From Candidatus Eiseniibacteriota bacterium (GTDB lineage: Bacteria > Eisenbacteria > RBG-16-71-46), in contig JBGPFC010000052.1 in assembly GCA_041483195.1 (NCBI GenBank), positions 1 through 20,707 on the forward strand: 20,707 nucleotides of DNA, in the 5' to 3' direction. The position numbers and the translations under genes are program-made. Below are positions 14,399-20,707 of this stretch, in pieces (positions within the stretch are counted from its first letter, which is position 1; each line of letters opens with the position of its first letter). A model generated the notes under the pieces. It worked only from the letters and a program-made list of their open reading frames with translations. It did not search any database and was not told the DNA's origin.

Positions 14399-17374
14399 GT
14401 GGTCGCTGGCAAGGCAACGCGGGGAGCGAAGACCACGGGTTCGGCCACCCCGGCCGAGCCGGAAGCGCGCGTCGCACCAGGTGGGCAGACGAGCGCCGAG
14501 GGGTTTCCCATCGTCGGTTTGGGGGCCTCTGCCGGCGGGCTCGAGGCGTTCGAGCAGTTCTTTCGCAAGCTCCCGAGCGACAGCGGCATGGCTTTTGTGC
14601 TGGTGCAGCACCTCGATCCGGACCACGCGAGCATCCTCACCGAGATTCTGCAGCGCAGCACGGCCATGCCCGTGGTTGAGGCTCAGGACCAGATGGCCGT
14701 GGCGCCCAACCGCGTCTATATCATCCCGCCCAACCGCGAGATGGCCATCTTCCATGGCGCCCTGCAATTGAGCGTGCCGGAACAGCCGCGCGGGCATCGC
14801 ATGCCGATCGACGCCTTCCTGCGTTCTCTGGCCGAGGATCAGGGAGAACGAGCGATGGGTGTCATCCTATCCGGCACCGGTACCGACGGCACGCTTGGAC
14901 TGCGCGCCATCCTCGGCGCCGGCGGCCTCTCGTTTGTGCAGGATCCGACCACGGCAAAATACGACGGCATGCCATCCAGCGCCATCCAGGCTGGCTTTGC
15001 CAGTCATGTCCTGCCGGTGGAAGAACTGCCGGAGGCGATGATGGCCGGTGCGCACACGTTGGTGGTTCGCCAGAAATCGGTCCCGGAGACGGATGCCGGC
15101 CTCCGTCGCATCCTGATGCAGTTGCGATCCACCACCGGCCACGACTTCTCGCAGTACAAGAAGAGCACGATCGGCCGCCGCATCGAGCGGCGCATGTCGC
15201 AGCACAATATTGCGGACACGGAACTTTATGCCCGCTACATCAGCGAGCATCCGCCTGAGGCTCATGCCCTATTCACGGAGCTGCTGATCAACGTCACGAG
15301 CTTTTTCCGAGACGCGGAGGCCTTCTCCACATTGAAGCATGATGTGCTTCCAGAACTCTTCGCGGGCAAGCCTGCAGGCTATCTCTTCCGTGTCTGGGTG
15401 GCGGGTTGCGCAACCGGCGAGGAGGCCTACTCCATCGCCATCCTGCTGCGCGAGTTCATGGAAGAGAGAGGGCTGGACTACAAGTTCCAGATCTACAGCA
15501 CCGACATTGACGACGGTGCCATCACCGTGGCACGCGCTGGCAGGTATCCGCCCAACATCGTCCAGGACGTCGAGCCCGGGCGGCTGCGCCGCTTCTTCGT
15601 CAAGGATGAGGCTGGCTACCGGGTGAAGAAAGAAATTCGGGAGGCGGTGGTGTTCGCCGTCCAGAGCGTGATCAAGGATCCGCCTTTCAGCAAGCTGGAC
15701 CTGCTCAGCTGCCGCAACCTGATGATCTACCTGAAGCCGGAATTGCAAGACCGCCTCATCTCCACCTTTCACTTCGCGCTCAAACCGGGAGGAGTGTTGT
15801 TCCTCTCGACCTCTGAGAACATTGGCAGCCACCCGGAGCTGTTCGCGCCGCTCAACCGAAAGTGGAGGCTCTACCGGAGCACTCGCGCGAGCGACTTCGC
15901 TCGTCACGTGACGGACGTCGTCGTGCCGCCGGCCGCGCATCGCGATGACGCGACGGCGAGCGATACGGTGACGAGGGGGAGGGAGAGCGGCCTTGCCGAA
16001 CTGGCCGACCGGCTGCTGCTCCAGTTCTACGCCCCCGCCTCCCTGGTGACAGACCTCCATGGCAACATCCTCCATGTGCACGGCGAGACCGGCAAGTACC
16101 TGCGGCCGGCACCCGGCAAGCCAACGCTCAACGTGGTCGACATGGCGCAGGAAAAGTTACAACTGGAACTGCGCACCGCCATCCATGGCGCCGCGAGCAG
16201 AGGTACGCCGACGTTGGATCGAGAAGTGTCGTCCAGGACAGGCGGCAAGCTCCACACCGTGAGCTTCAGCGTGCGCCCGCTGAACCACCCGGACTCCGGC
16301 GATGGCCTGCTGCTCTTGAGCTTCCAGTCCGTGGCCGGCTCGGTGGCTGCCAAGCCCACCGCCAAACGGGCGACCGGATCGGTCGAGGCCCAGCGCATCC
16401 AGGAACTCGAGCGCGATCTGGCTTACACGAGAGAGACCCTCCACGCCACCATCGAGGAACAAGAGACCTCGAACGAGGAATTGAAGTCCATCAACGAGGA
16501 GATGCAATCCACGAACGAGGAGATGCAATCCACGAACGAGGAACTCGAGACCTCCAAGGAGGAGCTGCAATCCACTAATGAGGAACTGGTGACCGTCAAT
16601 GGCGAACTGCAGAGCAAGATCGAGCAGCTGGCCGGGATGCAAAACGACATGAAAAACCTGCTCGACAGCATCAACATTGGCACTATTTTCCTGGACGAGC
16701 GCCTGGTCATCCGGCGCTTTACGCGCGATGCAGTGCGGACCTATCACCTGGTCCCCTCGGACGTAGGCCGGCCGCTGAGCGACATCAAGTCACATCTGAT
16801 TGGCGACGACCTGATCAGCGCAACCCAGACCGTGCTCGAGACCCTGGTCCCAAACGAGCGCGAGGTGCATGCCGCCGGCGGCGGCTCGTACCTGGCGCGC
16901 ATCCAGCCCTACCGCACCCTCGACAACGTGATCGAGGGGGTGGTGCTGACCTTTGTAGAGATCACCGAGATGAAGCGCGTGCGGGAGGAGCTGCTGGAGG
17001 CCCGGGAGCTGGCCGAGGGCATCGTCGATACGGTTCGCGAGCCGCTCATCGTGCTGAACGGCACCTTGCAGGTCGTCTCCGCCAGCCGCTCGTACTACCA
17101 GCACTTCCGCGTTACACCGGAAGAGACCGTGGGCCGTCCGATCTACGAACTGCGCAATCACCAGTGGGACATCCCCGCGTTGCGGGAACTCCTGGAGACG
17201 GTCCTGCCACGCGACCGGAGTTTCGAAGGTTACGCGGTGGAGCAGGACGTCCCCCCGATCGGCCGGGCCAGAATGAAGCTGAGCGCCCGCCGCATCGTCG
17301 GCAAGGCGGGGGAAACCCAGCTGATCCTGCTGGCGATGGAAGTGCCGGCCCCGGGCGAGACGGAGAGTACGTGA
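14399..17374 (+). CDS. CheB methylesterase / CheR methyltransferase fusion with coiled coil and PAS domains (CheBR)
   Basis: CheB triad in GASAGG, VQHL and GTDG. CheR motifs INVTSFFRD, WVAGCATGEEAYS and DLLSCRNLMIY. NEE(L/M)QS heptads, then PAS domains. GAGGGAG RBS before the GTG. Confidence 0.95.
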   Translation: MVAGKATRGAKTTGSATPAEPEARVAPGGQTSAEGFPIVGLGASAGGLEAFEQFFRKLPSDSGMAFVLVQHLDPDHASILTEILQRSTAMPVVEAQDQMAVAPNRVYIIPPNREMAIFHGALQLSVPEQPRGHRMPIDAFLRSLAEDQGERAMGVILSGTGTDGTLGLRAILGAGGLSFVQDPTTAKYDGMPSSAIQAGFASHVLPVEELPEAMMAGAHTLVVRQKSVPETDAGLRRILMQLRSTTGHDFSQYKKSTIGRRIERRMSQHNIADTELYARYISEHPPEAHALFTELLINVTSFFRDAEAFSTLKHDVLPELFAGKPAGYLFRVWVAGCATGEEAYSIAILLREFMEERGLDYKFQIYSTDIDDGAITVARAGRYPPNIVQDVEPGRLRRFFVKDEAGYRVKKEIREAVVFAVQSVIKDPPFSKLDLLSCRNLMIYLKPELQDRLISTFHFALKPGGVLFLSTSENIGSHPELFAPLNRKWRLYRSTRASDFARHVTDVVVPPAAHRDDATASDTVTRGRESGLAELADRLLLQFYAPASLVTDLHGNILHVHGETGKYLRPAPGKPTLNVVDMAQEKLQLELRTAIHGAASRGTPTLDREVSSRTGGKLHTVSFSVRPLNHPDSGDGLLLLSFQSVAGSVAAKPTAKRATGSVEAQRIQELERDLAYTRETLHATIEEQETSNEELKSINEEMQSTNEEMQSTNEELETSKEELQSTNEELVTVNGELQSKIEQLAGMQNDMKNLLDSINIGTIFLDERLVIRRFTRDAVRTYHLVPSDVGRPLSDIKSHLIGDDLISATQTVLETLVPNEREVHAAGGGSYLARIQPYRTLDNVIEGVVLTFVEITEMKRVREELLEARELAEGIVDTVREPLIVLNGTLQVVSASRSYYQHFRVTPEETVGRPIYELRNHQWDIPALRELLETVLPRDRSFEGYAVEQDVPPIGRARMKLSARRIVGKAGETQLILLAMEVPAPGETEST

Positions 17375-17391
17375 GCGAGAGGCAGGAGGGG

Positions 17392-19611
17392 ATGAACCTC
17401 GGCAAATCAGTGTTGCGGGCGCTGGCGGAGCTGAAGCTCGCCGGCGTCCCACAGACGAAGCCGCCGGGCCGCCCCGCCGAGGAACTCCTGCACGAACTCC
17501 AGGTGCACGAGATCGAACTGGAAATGCAGAACGAGGAATTGCAGCGCTCCCATCTCGAGCTTGAGGAATCCCGCGACCGTTACCTGCACCTCTATGAGTT
17601 CGCGCCCGTGGGCTACTTTACGCTCACCGGCGAAACCCTGATCTCCGAAGTCAATTTAACCGGCGCCAATCTGTTGGGGGAGGAACGGAAGAAACTGTTC
17701 CAGCGCCGCTTCGCCCGATTCGTCACCCACGCAGACAGGGATCGATATCATCGGTTTATCGCGAGCGTGTTGCAGCATGGCGAACGGGAAAGGTGCGACT
17801 TGTCCCTTCAGCGCCGCGACGGCTCCGTGATCCAAGCTCAGCTCGACTGCGTGCGCGTTGCGGCGGTGGACAACCCACCGACACTGCGTCTGATTCTCAC
17901 CGACATCACCGAACGCAATCGGGCGGAGGCGGAGCTGCGCGTCGCCGCCACCGCCTTCGAATCTCAGGAGGGGATGCTCGTCACCGATGCTGCAACCTCG
18001 ATCCTGCGGGTCAACCAGGCCTTCACCGAGATCAGCGGCTTCGACGCCGAGGAACTCGTGGGGCAGACGCCGCGACTGTTCAAGTCGGACCGCTACGGCG
18101 CCGATTTCTACGCCGGGATGTGGAAGGAGATCACTCACACCGGGGAATGGCGGGGAGAAATCTGGAACCTGCACAAGAGCGGCAGGGTGTACCCCGCATG
18201 GCTTACCATCACCGCGGTGAAAGACAACGACGGAGACGTCACCCACTACGTCGGCACGCTCATCGACATCACCCAACGCAAGTCGGCCGAGGCGGATATC
18301 GAGCAGCTGGCTTTCTACGATCCCATGACCCGGCTGCCCAACCGGCGGCTCCTGGTGGACCGGTTGCAGCAGGCCCTGGCGGCGCGCGCCCGCAGTCGTC
18401 GGCGGGGGGCGATCCTCTTCATCGATCTGGACGACTTCAAGGGCCTCAACGACAGCCTGGGTCACGATGCCGGTGACCTGCTGCTGCAACAGGTCGCTCG
18501 GCGGCTTCTTACCTGCGTGCGCGCTGGCGACACGGTCGCCCGCCTGGGTGGCGACGAATTCGTGGTCATGCTGGGAGACCTGAGCGCGAATCCCCGGGAA
18601 GCCGCCAGCCAGGCCGAGCTCGTCGGCGAGAAGATTCTCCTCGCCCTCACTCCGCCCTCCGTGCTCGCCGGCCACGAGCATCACAGCACCGCGTGCATTG
18701 GCGTCACCCTGTTCAGCGATCACCGGGAAATCGTCGAGGACTTGCTGAAACGGGCGGATCTCGCCATGTATCGGGCCAAGGCGGCGGGCCGCAATACCCT
18801 GCGATTCTTCGATCCCGAGATGCAGGCCGCTGTCACTGCCCGCGCCGCACTGGAGGCCGACCTGCGCGTCGGAGTGCGGGAAGGCCAGTTCGTCCTTTAC
18901 TACCAGCCTCAGGTGGATCGCGAGGGCCGGCTGACTGGCGCCGAGGCGCTCGTGCGCTGGCAACATCCCCGCCGCGGCTTGGTTTCTCCGGGCGAATTCA
19001 TTCCGCTGGCCGAGGAATGCGGGCTGATCCAGCCCCTGGGCCAGTGGGTGTTGGAAGCAGTGTGCCTCCAGCTGGTGGCCTGGAGTGGGCGGCCGGACAC
19101 GGCCCACCTCACACTGGCGATGAATGTCAGCGCTCGGGAGTTCCGCCACCCGGAGTTTGTGTCACGCGTGCTTGACGTGATCACTCGCGTTGGCGCGGAT
19201 CCAAGGAGACTCATGTTGGAATTCACCGAAAGCCTGCTGGTGGACGACATGGAGGAGACCATCACCAAGATGAATGCTCTGAAAGCCCGCGGCGGCGGGT
19301 TCTCTCTGGACGACTTCGGCACCGGCTATTCCTCGCTCTCCTATCTCAAACATCTACCCCTCGACCAGTTGAAGATCGACCAGTCCTTCGTGCGCGATGT
19401 GCTCACCGACTCCAACGATGCCGCCATTGCCCGCACCATCATGGAGCTCGGGCAGAGCCTGGGTCTGGCCGTCATCGCCGAGGGGGTGGAAACCGAGGAC
19501 CAACGGAACTTGCTTGCCCGCCAGGGCTGCCACGCGTTCCAGGGGTTTCACTTCGGCCGGCCAGGACCCGTGGGCGCTCTTCGCGTGACGACAGAGACAA
19601 GTACGAACTGA
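17392..19611 (+). CDS. PAS-PAS-GGDEF-EAL diguanylate cyclase/phosphodiesterase
   Basis: HELQVHEIELEMQNEEL coil, two PAS/PAC domains, RAGD I-site plus GGDEF, EALVRW, DDFGTGYSS and EGVE. AGGAGG RBS before ATG 17392; alternative start GTG 17371. Confidence 0.95.
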   Translation: MNLGKSVLRALAELKLAGVPQTKPPGRPAEELLHELQVHEIELEMQNEELQRSHLELEESRDRYLHLYEFAPVGYFTLTGETLISEVNLTGANLLGEERKKLFQRRFARFVTHADRDRYHRFIASVLQHGERERCDLSLQRRDGSVIQAQLDCVRVAAVDNPPTLRLILTDITERNRAEAELRVAATAFESQEGMLVTDAATSILRVNQAFTEISGFDAEELVGQTPRLFKSDRYGADFYAGMWKEITHTGEWRGEIWNLHKSGRVYPAWLTITAVKDNDGDVTHYVGTLIDITQRKSAEADIEQLAFYDPMTRLPNRRLLVDRLQQALAARARSRRRGAILFIDLDDFKGLNDSLGHDAGDLLLQQVARRLLTCVRAGDTVARLGGDEFVVMLGDLSANPREAASQAELVGEKILLALTPPSVLAGHEHHSTACIGVTLFSDHREIVEDLLKRADLAMYRAKAAGRNTLRFFDPEMQAAVTARAALEADLRVGVREGQFVLYYQPQVDREGRLTGAEALVRWQHPRRGLVSPGEFIPLAEECGLIQPLGQWVLEAVCLQLVAWSGRPDTAHLTLAMNVSAREFRHPEFVSRVLDVITRVGADPRRLMLEFTESLLVDDMEETITKMNALKARGGGFSLDDFGTGYSSLSYLKHLPLDQLKIDQSFVRDVLTDSNDAAIARTIMELGQSLGLAVIAEGVETEDQRNLLARQGCHAFQGFHFGRPGPVGALRVTTETSTN

Positions 19612-19860
19612 GATCCGGGGCGCCCAACACGTACACGATCTGCAGCCGAGGACCTGTCTCCCGACGCTGTGGGGGGCTCCGACAGCTATCTGAACGTCGT
19701 CCAGTTCGAATAATCTATTCGTGTCGGCCCGGCTCAGCGTCGCCCTGACGCGGGGCAGGCTGCACCGTCTCGTCCTCGAGCTCGCGACCGAGGCGAATAT
19801 GAAGGCCGCGGCTCCCACCGGCTCGTACGTCACATCCGTGCTCGCGGGTAACTTGGATAC

Positions 19861-19883
19861 TGGCGTCCCCAACGGGATTCGAA
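19861..19883 (-). mobile_element. tRNA-Glu 3'-end fragment, probable att core of an integrative element
   Basis: Minus strand reads TTCGAAT-CCCGT-TGGGGAC-G-CCA: T-loop, 3' T-stem, acceptor strand, discriminator and CCA. The 5' part of the tRNA is absent. Confidence 0.8.
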
Positions 19884-19990
19884 GCTGAGACGCCCAGCGA
19901 ACCGCCGTCGCAAACCGTCGACCAAACACGCAAAGACAACGAGTTGCGCGAGGAGTCAGACGAGGGGAGCGAACGATAGTGGACGATGAA

Positions 19991-20020
19991 GAGGGACAGT
20001 TCGGGGACTGTTGAGGGACA
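19991..20020 (+). repeat. Three direct repeats at 11-bp period (integrase arm-type-like sites)
   Basis: GAGGGACA (19991), CGGGGACT (20002) and GAGGGACA (20013). Confidence 0.55.
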
Positions 20021-20162
20021 ATCTTGGCGAATGCACGGTTGCAGGGGCAAGAGGCCTCGATCGGGATCTCCGACTGCACTTCGCGAACTCCGATTCCTGC
20101 GCCCGCGGGCTTGACCCGTGTGGCGGTGCTAATGTGCGTTACGTCTTTCCCGTCCCCGATGG

Positions 20163-20178
20163 CAGCGTGGCCACGCTG
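20163..20178. repeat. Perfect 16-bp palindrome upstream of the lipoprotein gene
   Basis: CAGCGTGGCCACGCTG is its own reverse complement. Confidence 0.85.
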
Positions 20179-20251
20179 GTAGCTCCATGAGAGTTGGCCA
20201 GCCGTACGCCGCTGGCGGGCCGTGCCAGACTCGAATCGAAAGGACCTCCCA

Positions 20252-20707
20252 ATGAGGCGACTCGCATTGCTCCTCGCCCCGCTGGTGATGGCGGGACTAA
20301 TGGGCTGCGCCAAGAGCGACAGCGTGACGGGCCCGTCGCCCGGCCCGCCGAAGTGGACGCGGGTTTCCTCCGGGCTGCCGAGCAGTTCGAACACTTCTGC
20401 CCTCACCGCGAGCGGCACGACGCTGTTGGCCGGGGCCGAAGCCAGCGGGGTGTTCCGCTCGACCGATGGCGGCGTCACCTGGACGGCGGCCACGACGCAG
20501 CCGACGAACTCGATTATCCGTTCCCTCACCGCGAGCGGCACGACGCTGCTGGCGGGGACCAATGGCGGGGTGTTCCGCTCGACCGATGGCGGCGTCACCT
20601 GGACGGCGGCCACGACGCAGCCGACGAACCCGACCATCTATTCCCTCACCTCCAACGGCACGACGATGCTGGCCGGGACCAATGGCGGGGTGTTCCGCTC
20701 GACCGAT
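20252..20707 (+). CDS. Lipoprotein with BNR/Asp-box beta-propeller repeats; 3'-truncated by the window edge and absent from the ORF track
   Basis: AAAGGA RBS. Translates as MRRLALLLAPLVMAGLMG-C (lipobox), then repeats such as LTASGTTLLAGTNGGVFRSTDGGVTWTAATTQPTN containing SxDGGxTW. Confidence 0.88.
   Translation, partial: MRRLALLLAPLVMAGLMGCAKSDSVTGPSPGPPKWTRVSSGLPSSSNTSALTASGTTLLAGAEASGVFRSTDGGVTWTAATTQPTNSIIRSLTASGTTLLAGTNGGVFRSTDGGVTWTAATTQPTNPTIYSLTSNGTTMLAGTNGGVFRSTD
20400..20707 (+). repeat. Coding tandem repeat, ~120-bp unit, about 2.5 copies visible
   Basis: Units start at 20400, 20523 and 20643. 20445-20509 is identical to 20565-20629. Confidence 0.92.

Noticed and set aside
16493..16542. 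21-bp tandem repeat AACGAGGAGATGCAATCCACG
   Set aside because: It encodes the NEEMQST heptads that are normal in CheBR coiled coils, so it is not an independent element.
17164..17391. N-terminal extension of the GGDEF-EAL ORF
   Set aside because: It overlaps the cheBR 3' end, and a strong AGGAGG RBS supports ATG 17392.
19612..19860. Recombinase or other gene remnant reading into the tRNA fragment (...GNLDTGVPNGIRS*)
   Set aside because: No start, RBS or catalytic motif is recognisable. GVPNGIR is just the translated tRNA antisense.
19861..19940. Complete tRNA-Glu gene
   Set aside because: Similarity stops at the T-loop. The 5' T-stem, anticodon arm and D arm are absent.
19354..20637. 427-aa minus-strand ORF with repeats
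   Set aside because: It is the antisense shadow of the + strand lipoprotein, which has an RBS, lipobox and Asp-boxes. It also runs through the att region and the EAL gene.
20400..20707. Possible CRISPR array
   Set aside because: Units are in-frame coding repeats of 120-123 bp without unique spacers, and there are no cas genes.

Overview
This is a GC-rich bacterial window. The first gene ends in a T9SS/FlgD-like domain, which suggests an FCB-related lineage such as Ca. Eisenbacteria (inference). The left ~11.5 kb is very GC-rich and looks like host backbone. It holds a partial secreted propeller-repeat protein, holB, ricT/PSP1 with its own promoter and long structured leader, a Rid-family gene and a MOSC gene. 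It also holds a divergent ICMT(Ste14)-like methyltransferase / CPBP(Rce1-like) protease pair, a C-terminally anchored surface protein behind a sigma-54-like promoter with palindromic enhancer-like sites, and an ECF sigma / anti-sigma / isochorismatase / ABC operon. The right ~9 kb is visibly less GC-rich and looks accessory. It holds a DEAD-box helicase, VF530/DUF2132, a second C-terminally anchored surface protein, and a CheB-CheR-PAS fusion with a PAS-PAS-GGDEF-EAL gene. It also holds a 23-bp tRNA-Glu 3' fragment followed by an IHF-like site and three 11-bp-phased direct repeats (a probable integrative-element att end), and the start of an Asp-box/BNR repeat lipoprotein missing from the ORF track. 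The best leads are the protease + methyltransferase + anchored-substrate cluster, the att-site architecture and the ricT leader. All family calls come from motif recognition by eye; no searches were run.
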